NCBI RefSeq assembly: GCF_009914755.1
Contig: NC_060929.1
Length of the DNA stretch: 64,000 nt
Direction: 5' to 3' (one strand)
DNA from: the human T2T-CHM13v2.0 reference genome, Homo sapiens
The notes beneath the pieces are model-generated. The model was not told where the DNA came from. It did not search any database and saw only the letters and a program-made list of their open reading frames with translations. This document shows, piece after piece, positions 1-24,288 of this stretch. The position numbers and the translations under genes are program-made. Each line of letters begins with the position of its first letter. Position 1 is the first letter of the stretch.

Positions 1-585
<585 letters not shown>

Positions 586-586
586 A

Positions 587-1319
587 GTACTTTATTTCTG
601 ACACCAGATATGTAGGAGTTTTCCCCCACACATCAACCAGTTCTCCAACTGGGTATCCGGTAACTCAGTTTAATTCTGACACCGTCTGCCTGGAGACTAC
701 CACAAGACTGCCTTCACTCAGACACTAATCTCAATTCACAGGTTGTGACCAGTGCTTCTAATCTACTGGCTATAAATCAGGGTTCCCATGACCGCTCTTT
801 TTGGTTTGATAATTAGCTAGGACGGCTCACAGGGAAACACTTTACTTGCGTTTAACAGTTTATTATAAAGAATATTATAAATGATACAGATGAACAGCCA
901 GATGAAGTAATGCACTGGGCAAGGTATGGGGTGGGAGAGGTGCAGAGCTTCTGTGCCCTCTCTGGGTGCACCAACTCCCCAGCATACCCCTGTGTTCAGC
1001 TACCCTGAAGCTAATCACATCTAGTGGTTCAGGAGTGTCTAGGCTGGGTGCAGTGGCTCACACCTATAATCCCAGCACTTTGGGGGACCAAGGTAGGAGG
1101 ATCACTTGAGCCCAGGAGTTTGAGATAAACCTGGGCTAACACAGTGAGATCCCATTCAAAAAATCTTACAAAAATTAGCTGGGCATGGTGGTGCACACCT
1201 GTAGTCCCAACTACTTGGGAGGCTGAGGTGAGAGGGTCAGTTGAGCCCAGTGGTTGAGGCTGCAGTGAGCTATGATCATGCCACTGCATCACAGCCTGAG
1301 TAAAAAAGCGAGAGCCTGT

Positions 1320-1353
<34 letters not shown>

Positions 1354-1938
1354 ATAGATCTTAATTTTCAGCTTCTCCAGAGATTGGTGGGTGGGGAAAA
1401 GTTCCAATTATCTAACCCATCAGTTTTTTAAGTGAGCAGCAGTCCCATCCTGAGGCCTAGGGGTCCAGCACTAAGTCACTTCAATAGCATAAACTTAGGT
1501 GGGATCCAAAGGGGCTTCTAATGAATAACAAGAGACAGCTCCTATCACTTAGGAAATTCCAAGGGTTTCAGAAGCTCTGTGGCAGGAACCTGAAACAAAG
1601 ACCAAATATATATATATATTTTTTGAGACAGAGTCTTGCTCTGTCGCCCAGACTGGAGTGCAGTGGTGCGATCTCGACTCACTGCAAGCTCCGCCTCCCG
1701 GGTTCACGCCATTCTCCTGCCTCAGCCTCCTGAGTAGCTGGGACTATAGGTACCGGACACCATGCCTGGCTAATTTTTTTTTTTTTTTTGTATTTTTAGT
1801 AGAGACAGGGTTTCACCCTGTTAGCCAGGATGGTCTCGATCTCCTGCCCTCATGATCCGCCCCCCTCAGCCTCCCAAAGTCCTGGGATTACAGGAGTGAG
1901 CCACTGCACCTGGCCAAATATATTTCATATTATACCAC
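587..1938 (-). mobile_element. MER21-like LTR interrupted by two Alus (about 1042-1349 on +, about 1619-1915 on -)
   Basis: Recognised motifs ctgacaccag, ggctataaatcagggttcccatgacc, gatacagatgaacagccagatgaag and terminal caaagaccaaatatat...tataccaca. Confidence 0.7.
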
Positions 1939-2144
1939 AATATCATCACATCAAAAAACAATTTTAATATCCTCAAACGATGGACAAAGACATGCTATCT
2001 GAGGCATTTACAAATGTTTTAAACAATTTAGTGAATGTTTGTACTATCACAGTATAGGTACCTTGTATTTACCATTTTAAGCATATAATACAACATGTTT
2101 TGAACAAGGATTGTCTTGTTTGGCTATGTCGGCTTTTTGTTGTT

Positions 2145-6845
<4,701 letters not shown>

Positions 6846-7074
6846 TAAAACATTAGAAAGTTAATTACCTAAAATCTCACCTTTGAATACTTTTTAAAAA
6901 ATATATCACCATCTACATTATGCTAATTTTGCTTAGCATATCTGTTAATATTTCCCCAGATTTCTGTTTTCTATCACTATTTTTATTATCTGCAGTTAAT
7001 ATTATATTGCTATGCAGTAATTTCGTTCAATTCTTTTACCACATTGGCCATTTAGGTTGATAAATTTTTTTTCT

Positions 7075-7665
7075 AATTTTAAAAATTGTTATAAAATACA
7101 CATAAAATGTACCATCTTAATATTTAAGTGCATAGTGTTGTGCAGCCATCACCACCATCCATCTCTATAACACTGTTCATCTTGTAAGACTGAAACTCTA
7201 TACATATTAAACAATTCTTCATTCCCCCTCCCTCTAGCCTCTGATAACCACCATTCTACTTTTTGTCTCTGACTTTGACTACTCTAGATTACCTCATGTA
7301 AGTGGCATTATACAATATTCGTCTTTTTGTTTTTCTGTGAGTGGTCTGTCTCACTTAGCATAGTGTCCTCAAGGTTTATCCAAATTGTAGCATATTGCAG
7401 AATCTCCTTCCTTTTTGGGTGAACAATATTTCATTATGTGGATATACCACATTTTGCTAATGCAGTTATCTACAGATGGATACTTTGGTTGCTTCTACAT
7501 TTTAGCTGTTGTGAATGACGTTCTTATGAACATGGGTATACAAGTATCTTTTTTAGACTGTGCTTTCAGTTTCTTTGGATATATACCAGAAGTGGAATTG
7601 CTGGATCACGTGATAATTCTATGTTTAACTTTTTGAGGAACCACCATACTGTTTTCCAGTGGCTG
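7075..7665 (-). mobile_element. Old L1M (L1MB-like) 3' fragment, antisense
   Basis: caccattctact..ttgtctct, acctcatgtaagtgg, tcacttagcata.tgtcctcaagg and gtggaattgctggatca...ttttgaggaac. Confidence 0.8.
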
Positions 7666-7807
7666 TGGTTGATAATTTTTTGCTGTTACTGCTAACACTC
7701 TAAGTTATATCTTTGTGACTATGTTAATTTTTAGCCTTTCTAATACTAACATATTTTGAATTGTAACCGTTGGGATTTTTTTGTTAATCTTTTTTTAATC
7801 TTTTCAG

Positions 7808-7928
7808 AAGCAAGAGAAAAAGAGGAAGAAATGAACAGAGAGAAAGAATTAAGAAGACAAAATGAAGATATTGAGCCAACATCCTCAAGATCAAATGTGG
7901 TCAGAGATTGCTCCAAATCATCTTCCAG
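7808..7928 (+). CDS. WDR70: WDR70 internal coding exon, 121 nt (phase 1 to phase 2): (E)AREKEEEMNREKELRRQNEDIEPTSSRSNVVRDCSKSSS(R)
   Basis: Pyrimidine tract plus ttttcag acceptor ending at 7807; donor AG|GTGCCT at 7929. The split codon AG+G joins in frame to the next exon. Peptide matches my recollection of the WDR70 N-terminus. Confidence 0.92.
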
Positions 7929-7984
7929 GTGCCTGATTTTCAGAAAGACTTCTATTAAACTATCAGTTTCTAGGTGTTTATAGA

Positions 7985-10112
<2,128 letters not shown>

Positions 10113-10194
10113 ATCTGTTTTAAACCAGTGCAGCTGGAAACTTGTGCGTTAATCATAAGGGGGAAAATTTTGGAGTATGAATAGCTTAATATAA

Positions 10195-10620
10195 ATTTGT
10201 TTAGTCATTCAACTATTACTTACTGAGCATCTACTGTGGATTACACAGTGTTTTAGGCACTGAGATATAGCAATTAGCAAGTCAGTTGAGACCTTTGTTC
10301 TCACTGAGCTCACGTTGTTGTGGGAGTATTTGAAGGGATAGATAACAGACAACTAAATAACCAAATAAAATAACTTAGCAGGCATGTAATGAAGATAAAC
10401 AAAGGTACTTAAGGTAATGGGAAGTGGTGGTGTGCCTGAAAGTTTAGAAGGAGTGTGCCCTTAGACTTCTTTGAGGAGGAGACATTTGAGGAAACTCCAA
10501 AGATGAGAAAGAGGCCGTGTAACAATCTATGGGAAGGGTAAGTCAGCCGACAGAACTACAAGTGCAAAGACCTTGTTGTGAACCAAACTTAACCTGTTCA
10601 ATTAGAAAGAAGGCCTTGGA
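10195..10620 (-). mobile_element. L2 fragment
   Basis: cattcaac...ttactgagcatctactgtg...ttaggcactgagatatagca, then gacatttgag and agtgcaaagacc. Confidence 0.65.
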
Positions 10621-11125
10621 GTGGAGATTTGAGCTATGCAGTGGCTCAAATGTAGAAACTCAGATTTTTATGGAGGTTTGCTAGTTCATATACCTCTGTT
10701 TAAGGGTAACCTGAATGTGAGAATATATTCTTTTCAATTTTTAACCTAGATGAAAACAAAAAGAAAAATCTCATGTTTTTCCGTCAGTAGATATTGAGTG
10801 CCTGTTATAGGTGAAGCATTTTTTAGATGCTAGAAATATGTTAGATGCTAGAACAAAACAGAAATTCGTGCTTTCCTGGAGCTTACATACCAGAGATACT
10901 TCATTAGAAGGCAGTGACACTTTTAATCTTATCAAATATTTGAAAGATTAATTGATACAATTAAGAATGCTGAATGCTCAACTCTGGCGGCAGGTGGAGG
11001 GGTGGTAGATGGTGAGGGCTATGCTTACAGGTGTTTGCTAGAGACCTTAGTGAGAGTGTATAATAGTCCTCAGGTGTGGTGGATAGGAAACCTCTTGGGA
11101 ATCAGTATGCTATGCCCTAGACTCT

Positions 11126-11309
11126 CAAGCCCGTCCAACCTGCGTTATATTGTTGTTGTTTTCTTTTAGACTTTTAGCATCCTGAAGCCGTGGTTTTTAG
11201 TTTCTGTCTCTAGTGATAAGTAGAAAAGAGGGATGAGGAAATGGCTTCACTGGACAACCAGAAACAAAATAAGAACCCATGACTGTATTCTCTCCCTTGG
11301 ACACCCCTG
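11126..11309. mobile_element. Non-autonomous hAT/Charlie element (MER107-like, with MER30-type ends)
   Basis: Imperfect terminal inverted repeats caagcccgtccaa ... ttggacacccctg; an 8-bp TSD is not clearly resolved. Confidence 0.6.
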
Positions 11310-12183
11310 GTTAGAGTATGGTGTTTTTAGAATGCAAGAATGCTACATTTAATGTTTTGGCAATGTAGGAAACTTGGATTAGCCGTTAGAAATAACTTGT
11401 ATTTCAGAAATTATATTGAAACATTTTGGGAGTAATATTAACTTCCTTACATGACTGGCATTATTTGCTACTGTGGCAATCAGGGATTGGATTCAAATAT
11501 AGTTAATTGAGGCACTGGATATCTCAGTGGTTTTTGTCCGTTACTATTTTGTAGTTTTTCTTCTGTATTTCCTTGTTCACCTCTTTTTAAAATTTTTAAA
11601 TTAAATTTTTATTATATATCTGTATTTTGAGACAGGGTCTCACTGTTGTTCAGGCTGGAGTAGAGTGACGCAGTCATGGCTCACTGTAGCCTTGACCTCC
11701 TGGACTCAAGTGATCCTACCACCTCAGCCTCCTGAGTAGCTGGTACCACAAGCACATGCCACCACACCTGGCTAATTTTTATTTTTTGTAGAAACAGGGT
11801 CTCGTGATGTTTCCCAGGCTAGTCTCAAACTCTTGGGCACAAGCAGTCCACCTGCCTTGGTCCCTGAAAGTGCTGGCGTTACAGGTGTGAGCCATTGCAC
11901 TCAGTCTCACCTGTCTCTTTATGAGTGCTAATGGTCTAATGGCTGTCTAACATATAATTGCTGTGACCCTTTATTTTTGACTGCGTAAGACGGTTTTTTT
12001 TTAACTTTCTTAAGATAAAATATTTGGCATTAAACATTTAATGTTTGAACTACAAATTTAAAAAAATTAAAAAATACCCAGTTGTTAATAGGAGAGGAAA
12101 AGTATCCTGAGAAATGAATACTATTTCCAAAGTGTGCTCTTCATTGCAGCAGAGGCAAAGAGTTTCTGTTTCTGTATTTTCAG

Positions 12184-12812
<629 letters not shown>

Positions 12813-13122
12813 TTATGGTGCGCACCTGTGGTCCCAGCTACTCAGGAGGCTGAGGTGGGAGGATAATTTGGGCCCAGGAGATAGAGGTTGCAGTGAGGTC
12901 GACAGATGGCACTCCAGCCTGGGCGACGGAGTGAGACCCTGTCTCAAACCGCCCCCCCAACCCCCCCGCAAAAAACCTGAGGAAAATGACTGTGGAGTTT
13001 ATTACTGACAGCCTGTATTGAAAGAACTTCAGGAGGAAGAAAACAACTAAAAAATAATAAATGGAGGGCAGAAAGCAATGTGTTAAAAAGAAATCAATGG
13101 ATAAAACATTTTGTTAAATCTA

Positions 13123-13275
<153 letters not shown>

Positions 13276-13582
13276 TCAAAAAAAAAAAAAAAATCTATGT
13301 ATGCATTGTCTGCAAATAATAATGATGATGGGTAAATTTGGGAGGATTTAAGAGCAAACTGGATCTAAAATTATTGTCAACAATGAAGTAGAAGATGGGA
13401 GAGTGAAATCAGAGTTCATTGCTTTGTAAATGTTATTTGGGAGGAGGCCAGAGATACCGGTTAACCTTAGATTAGTTTAAGCCAAGTATATAAGTTTACA
13501 ATTTTAAGAGTAATTGCCCGGCAGGGCATAGTGGCTCACATCTGTAATCCCAGCACTTTGGGAGGCTGAGGTGGGCGGATCA

Positions 13583-14017
<435 letters not shown>

Positions 14018-14895
14018 TGAGTAGCTGAGACTACAGGCACCCGCCACCACGCCCAGCTGATTTTTCGTATTTTTAGTAGAGATGAGGTTTCACCGTGTTA
14101 GCCAGGATGGTCTCGATCTCCTGACCTCGTGATCTGCCCGCCTTGGCCTCCCAAAGTGCTGGGACAGGCGTGAGCCACTGCGCCCGGCCGCACTTGGGGT
14201 AGATAATTTTTTAACACCTCCCTTCTTTATGTGATGAATTATTTTTAGTAATAATTATGAAATGAAATGAAAAGTAATCAGAAAAGCAACAGCTTTTGTA
14301 AATCTGTCAATGACTGTCAAAATCGGTATTCTTTGCGTATTCCTTCTCAGTACATAGTACAGCAAATTTGTCAATTTGCGTCTGTCTGTAGTTGATCAAA
14401 TAAAGCTTCTAATTTCAATTTTGTACATTTTTCTTTCATATGAAACAACAGATCTATAGTATATATACACACATATGCACATGCATTCATGTGTGTGCAT
14501 ATGTAAAATTAAGAAAACAAACAAGAATAAAATAAGAATAAATTTGGCAGTTTCATTAAAATTTTTGTTTTACAGTAAGTTCCAGAAATTGCAATGTTGA
14601 TTGTATATTTTTTCTTTTATCAGTTCTAGTGGCTTTTAAATATCTCTGTAGGTTGAAATATTTTGACTGGGCACTGTGGTGCACGCCTGTAATCCCAGTA
14701 CTTTGGGAGGCTGAGGAGTGCTGATCACTTGAGGTCAGGAGTTTGAGACTAGCCTGGCCAACATGGTGAAACCTTGACTCTACTAAGAAAATACAAAAAT
14801 AGGCTGGGCGTAGTGGCTCACGCCTGTAATCCCAGCACTTTGGGAGGCCGAGATGGGCGGATCACGAGGTCAGGAGGTCGAGACCATCCTGGCTA

Positions 14896-15266
<371 letters not shown>

Positions 15267-15708
15267 TCATTTTATATTTGGTAAAAACTTCTAAATTTTT
15301 TTCTCTAAAAATCAGAGAAAATGGCTAAATGATGTCAAACATTGCCATTAAATGATCCATTGCTTTAGAATGCTTTTGGTGAAAACAATTGAGGTATTCA
15401 AACATTTACCGTTTTAAATTCTTTTGCCAACCATGTCTTTTGTTTTTTCTTTTGGCATCCATAGAAAACAGAATTGGATTTGCTTAGCATTTTGTTTCTT
15501 TGTCTTTATAATCTTTGTTTATTTTGAATCTAGTATTTAAATGCAGAAACGTAGTACAACAGGGATTGGAGATAGGAAATTACCCTTGAAATGAGCTTGA
15601 ATGATTCTGAACCATGAAAAACAGTGTGTAGAGACCCGAGTAGGTGAGTGTGTTTGTGCATGTGTGTGGTGCAGATAACTGGGAGTTCTCCAGATTAACT
15701 TCGTGTAG

Positions 15709-15861
<153 letters not shown>

Positions 15862-15904
15862 TGAGTAGCTGGGATTACAGGCATCTGCCACCACGCCTGG
15901 CTAA

Positions 15905-16054
<150 letters not shown>

Positions 16055-16289
16055 TAAAAGATAAGTAATACAAATATGTTAATTGAAGTTCACATATATG
16101 TTATTAAAACTCGATAGGAACCATAGCAAAAAGAACATTAAGTAGTGTCTAAACTAACATTGTTTATAATTGCCATCACCAGGTGATAATAAAAAGCAGG
16201 CTTATCTTTGCTTGATTTTATCATTGTTTTTAAGTTCTCTACAGAAAAGTGTACTCTCTTATTGTCTACGTTACTTCCACTGATCTCAT

Positions 16290-16548
16290 AGAATTAGTGT
16301 CTTTATAAAAAGAGTCACCAGAAAGCGTGCACTAACTCCTCCTCTCCCACGGGAAAGGAAGAATGGCTTTTTGAGGACATAGCAGAAAGTGGTCGTCTAC
16401 AAGCCAGGAAGAGAGGTCTCACCAGAAACCACATTTGTCCATATTTTGATTGTGGACCTCTAGCCTCCAGACCTGTCAGCAAATACATCTCTATTGTTTT
16501 AAGTCACCCAGTCTGTGGTATTTTGTTTATGGTTGTGTGAGCTAATAC
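16290..16548 (+). mobile_element. MaLR LTR 3' part (MLT1A/MSTD-like)
   Basis: gccaggaagagag...ctcaccagaa, ctagcctccagac and aagtcacccagtctgtggtattttgtt...ctaataca. Confidence 0.7.
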
Positions 16549-16825
16549 AGGTTTGCAAGGCTGACTAATGGCTGATAAACAGAAGGGAAGAAAGAAGCAT
16601 ATTGCAAGCCAGAAAAAAATTGCTATAGCGAAGGCCCAAATGTATATAAGTACAGCTATGGTCATGAAATTGTACCTGATTAGTGCATGGCTGAGTTTTC
16701 TTACTAGGAGAAAGTAGAAAGATGAGGAGGATGAGATCAAATCCAGAAAGTATGAATAAATACTCTCTGGAGGATGTGTAATTTGGTAAGCTTTGTAGAG
16801 GATTACAGTTTTTGTGTTTTTTTGA

Positions 16826-16963
<138 letters not shown>

Positions 16964-17123
16964 TAGCTATTTTTTTTTTTTTTTTTTTTTTTTTTTTAGT
17001 AGAGATGAGGTCTTACTACATTGCCCAGCTCGTCTCAAACTCCTGGGCTCAAGTGATCCTCCTGTCTTGGCCTCCCAAAGTGCTGGGATTACAGGCTTGA
17101 GTCACTGCCCAGCCAAAGATTAA

Positions 17124-17246
<123 letters not shown>

Positions 17247-17289
17247 TGAGTAGCTGGAATTACAGGCACGCGCCACTGCACCCAGCTAA

Positions 17290-17577
<288 letters not shown>

Positions 17578-17582
17578 TAAGG

Positions 17583-18942
<1,360 letters not shown>

Positions 18943-21081
18943 TAGTAGAGATGGGGTTTCGCTGTGTTGGCCAGGCTGGTCTTGAACTCCTGGCCTCAAG
19001 TGATCTGCCTGCTTCTGCCTCCCAAAGTGCTGGGATTACAGGCATGAGCCACTGTGCCCGGTCCCCAATCTTTCTAACCACTCATGAATTATGTTCATAT
19101 TTAAACTCCAACCATATTGTAAATTCAACACATCTAAGATAAAACTTAGGCTTTTATTTTGTCACACTTGAACTTTTGCTGTAGCCACTTAGCTGGTCTC
19201 TTTGCCTCAAGGATCTTCTGTTTTAATCCCCTTTCCCCACTGCAGCAAGATTAAACTACCTGTAACACAAGTCACATTGCAACTAATAGTACTAATTCCC
19301 TAAATGAGGGAAAACACCACCACAGCAGGGCAGGACTCCACCTGGCGATTTCTGAATCCAATTTGAGTTTTTTATTGTTCATAATCACTGTGGCACTTTT
19401 GACAGTCTATTTAATAGGAAAGCAACCAATTTCACATAGTGGAGTGGCTAGATATTTTAGCAAATATTGTTGAAATTAATGGGGTAATATTTTTAAAAAG
19501 AACCTTTCTTTAACCTAGTGTTAACTTTTTTAAAAAAATTAATTTTTTTTTTTAAAGATGGGGTCTTGTTTCAAACAGGCTGGAGTGCAGTGAATTTTTT
19601 TGACTCTCATTCAAGTGGTGTAATCATAGCTCACTGCAGCTTCAACCTCTTGGGCTCAAGTGATCCTCTTGCCTCAGCCTCCTGAGTAACTAGGACTACA
19701 GGTGCATACAACCACATCTGGCTACTTCTTATATTTTTTGTAGAGTGGGGTCTTGCTCTCTTGTCTGTGTGGCCTTGAACTCTTGGCCTCAAGTGATCCT
19801 TCCACTTCAGCCTCCCAAAGTGTTGGGATTACAGATGTGAACCTCTGCACCCAGCTAACCTAGTGTTTCTTAATCTGAATGTAAGAATCAGCTTTGGTGC
19901 AATTAAAAAGTATGCATGCTTAGGTCCTGTACTCTGGAGATTGATTCAGTATAACTGTAGTGGAACTTGCCTTAACTCCTGCAATTTGTATTATTTATAA
20001 TAAAAGGCTCCACAGGTAATTCTAATGGATTTCTTCACAGTCTAGTTGTGCTGTTTACTTAATCACAGTTGGGGTCATAGGGTAACTTAGGGTACCTCTG
20101 CAGATTATGATCTGAGTCATGTCTCATGGATACCTAAGGATATGGGATATTGCTTATAAAATATTTCTTCTTAAAAAAAGGGAATGAAATTATTGCTTTT
20201 TTTATGATAGTGAAGCCACTTTAAAGGTTTCATATACCCTTTCATATAGCTCAGAGTTAATATATTTTGATCAGTATTTTATGAAAAAATATTTTTTCTA
20301 TAATATGTGCATGTTAATGTCTCTGAAGCATTAGTGTTTAATTTCTTTTGAAGATGGCATGGCAGAGGCCATAAGCTCCTGGTTTTTTGAATCTTGTTCA
20401 TTTTTATATCCTTGTAGTGCCTGAATTAACTATACCTATTAAATCATAATCATATTCTCAGAAGGGCCATGAACATGTAGATATTCTGGAAACTGAGCCT
20501 GTAGCTCTGACAGTTTTTTTTTAATCAAATTTAATTAATTTATTTTTCAATCCTGTTCCTTCTCTAAGTTATTGCTTTTATTATTGAAACTTTATTATTT
20601 AGTATCAGGAGCCTTGAAAATGTTCATTTCCTTTACACTCAATAGCCTTTTAAGGATTCTATCCAGAGGAAGTAATGAAAGATTTGGACAAAGCTTTCTG
20701 CACAAAAATAATTATCACATTAGTACTTATAATTGTGGTTTTCTGAATGTGTTGGGATTACTGCTGGGTGTGTGGTATGGTGAGATGGGGTCCCTCCTAT
20801 CAGTTTTTGGCCAGGTCAGCTCTGTTTTTATGTTAGGCTTCCTCAGAGCTTTCTCTTGATGAAAGAGTTCCAAGTCTGAAAATGTTTGAAAATACCAGCG
20901 TATGTAAAATATTAGAATAATTAGGAAGAATATAAATACCTAGTAATAGGGAGAAGGACAAGTAAATTGTGTTGTGGTCATGTAGAATGTTATGAAGTCA
21001 CTAAACATGTTTAATAAGGGTTTTTAGTAGCACTAGGAAAGGATGTAAAACTGAATAGACAGTATGATTTCAGTAATTTAA

Positions 21082-21366
<285 letters not shown>

Positions 21367-22247
21367 TGACCATAGCTGTGCCCATAATCAGAAACAATTA
21401 TTGGTGCTATAAACAGTTAATTGTCCCTCATTATAAAGCAATTATGACCTCAATTCAAAAATCTAGAACAGATTAAAAAAACCCAAAGGAAACAATATTG
21501 AACATGAATATAGAATAAGTCTTAAGTACTAGTAAATAAGCTTATATTTATTTTACCTCATCTCAAAAAGGATTTAATGGACTGGTCGCAGTGGCTCATG
21601 CCTGTAATCTCAGCACTTTAGGAGCTTCATGCAAGAGGATCACTTGAGCCCGGGAGTTCGAGACCATCCTTGCCAATGTAGTGAGACCCCCATCTCCACA
21701 AAAAATAAAAAAGCCAAGTGTGGTGGTGTGCACCTGTAATTCCAGCTACTCAGGAGAATGAGGTGGGAGGATCACTTGAGCCTGGGAAGTCAAAGTTGCA
21801 GTGAGCCATGGTTGCATCACTGTACTCCAGCCTGAGTGACAGAGTGAGACTCTGTCTCAAAAACAAAAAAGGATTTAATGAAGTGAAATGCATAGATTAG
21901 GAAGAAGGAAGGGAAACTGGAAAACTAAGGAAAACAAATTAAGTTAATTAATATAAAACATGAGAAACAGAGTCTTAAATACCAGGCTATGGGTAGGCCA
22001 AAAAACCTGGTTGCCATCATTCCTCTCTTTCCCTCATACCTCACATCCAATCTCTGATCCATTAAGTCTTACTAGCTCTGTCTTGAAGGCATATTACCAG
22101 ATCTCTCCAATTCCCTGTCTCCATTACTACCACTTTAGTCTAATCCTATATCACTTCAGTGTTAGTAGCCACTAAAGTCTCCCAGCTTCCATTCCATTCT
22201 TGACTGGACTAGTATAGTAGAAAAAGGAGCAAAATACAGATACAGGG

Positions 22248-22492
22248 ATGCAATATAGAATCGTGATTAAGAGAGTGAGTTCTGGAGCCAGATAGGGCTC
22301 CTTCACTTTAAAGCTGTGTGATTTTGGGCACATTATTTAACCTCTCTGTGTCTGTCTTTCCCCCTCTATAAAATGGGACTGATAAAATTCTCCACTCAGA
22401 TTATGTGGATGGATTAAATGAGTGAATGAATGTATAAAGAACCCTTAGAATAGTATCTGGTATTTAAAGTGTTCAGTGTTAGCTATTATCAT
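22248..22492 (+). mobile_element. MIR SINE
   Basis: tctggagccaga...gctgtgtgattttgggca..ttatttaacctctctgtg.ct...ctataaaatggg core. Confidence 0.8.
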
Positions 22493-24183
22493 TAAGGTCA
22501 TTTATTTCAATAGGATAGCAAAAGAGGAATTGAAAAACAAATTTAACAGGATATCTAATAAAAAACTTAAACTAAAAGGAAACTTTCGTATCATTTGAAG
22601 GAATTCACTCATGCATCATACCAACAGTCAGTGTTGTACATAATTAAGGAGCAACAGAGGTAACAATCATATTATTATTTAATATTATCCTAGACATTTT
22701 TGCCAGTTAAACTAAAATTATCAAGACTGCATTATAAGGAAGAGGTGGGAATATTGGTGTAGTTTATATGACTCTACCTGAAACAAAAGGAACTAACGAA
22801 AACTGTTAGATTCATTTAATAATGTTCAGTTTAAAGTGTTAAATGTGAAAGATAACTTTTTCACAATAGGAATAACAACAAATAATTAGGTGTAGTCCAG
22901 GAGTTTGAGATTGCAGTGAGCCAGCCATGATCTTGCCACTGTACTCCAGCCTGGGGACAGAGTGAGACTGTCTCAAAAGTAATAAAGTTAGGGAGAGATG
23001 GGCCTGAATATAAAGAATAGTATAAAGCTTTTCAAGACATAACATTTAAGTAAGTCAGGCCGGTGTAGTGTTTACACCTGTAATCCCAGCACTTGGGGAG
23101 GTCAAGGGGGGCTGGATCACCTGAGCTCAGGAGTTCAAGAACAGCCTGATCAACATGGCGAAACCCCATCTTTACCAAAAATACAAAAAATAATTAGCCG
23201 GGTGTAGTGAGCACCTGTGGTCCCAGTTACTCAGGAGGCTAAGGCAGGAGGATCACCTGAGCCTGGGAGGCGGAGGTTGCAACGAGCTAAAAATCGTACC
23301 ACTGTACTCCAGGCTGGGTGACAGTGAGATTCCATCTTAAAAAAAATAGAAATAAGTCAGAACCACTAAATAATTGGTAAATATTTCTCAAATTTTTCCC
23401 ACAGAGGTTAAATAATTAGTCCAATTTATTTATTTGCCTACTTTAGCTATTAAGTGAGAGAGATGTTATGCACACGTAGGCTATCTGTGCTTTTTTTTTT
23501 CCTTTTACGCCTTTTGTCTGTTTTTGTAGAAACGGGGTCTTGCCATGTTGCCTAGGCTGGTTTCAAACTTCTGGCCTTACGAGATCCTCCTGTCTTGGCC
23601 TCCCCAAGTGCTAAGATTAAAGGTGTGAGCCACAGGCAGGTGAGCCACTGTGCCCAGCCTAACCATGCTTTTACAGTATGATGCTGCCTCCCATACTTAG
23701 AAGCCTGTGGAATTGAGTGTGGAGCCTGTTTTAAGTGTATATTAGTTAGTGTATTATTAATTTGGCTGCCAGTGACAGAAAATGCAAAACAACAGTGGCT
23801 TAAACAAGATAGAAGTCTTTTCTCTCCCTCACATTAATGAATAAGGAGTTAAATGGAATAGAACTAGTTTGCAGGTCCAGGATATCTCAGATCTCGTCTG
23901 CGTCTGTCTTTTTTTCTGCCATCTTTAGTATACAGGCTTCAAGTTAGATGCTGTAGCTGTAGCCATTAATTTTGCATTTTTGTCAGTAAGAAGGTAGAGG
24001 GACAAGGTCAAGCGCAGTGGCTCATGCCTGTAATTCCAGCACTTTGGAAGCCTGAGGTGGGTGCATCACCTAAGGTCAGGAGTTTGAGACCAGCCTGGCC
24101 AACATAGTGAAACCCCATCTCTACTAAAAATATAAAAAAATTAGCCAGGTGTCGTGGCACACGCCTGTAATCCCAGCTACTCA

Positions 24184-24288
<105 letters not shown>

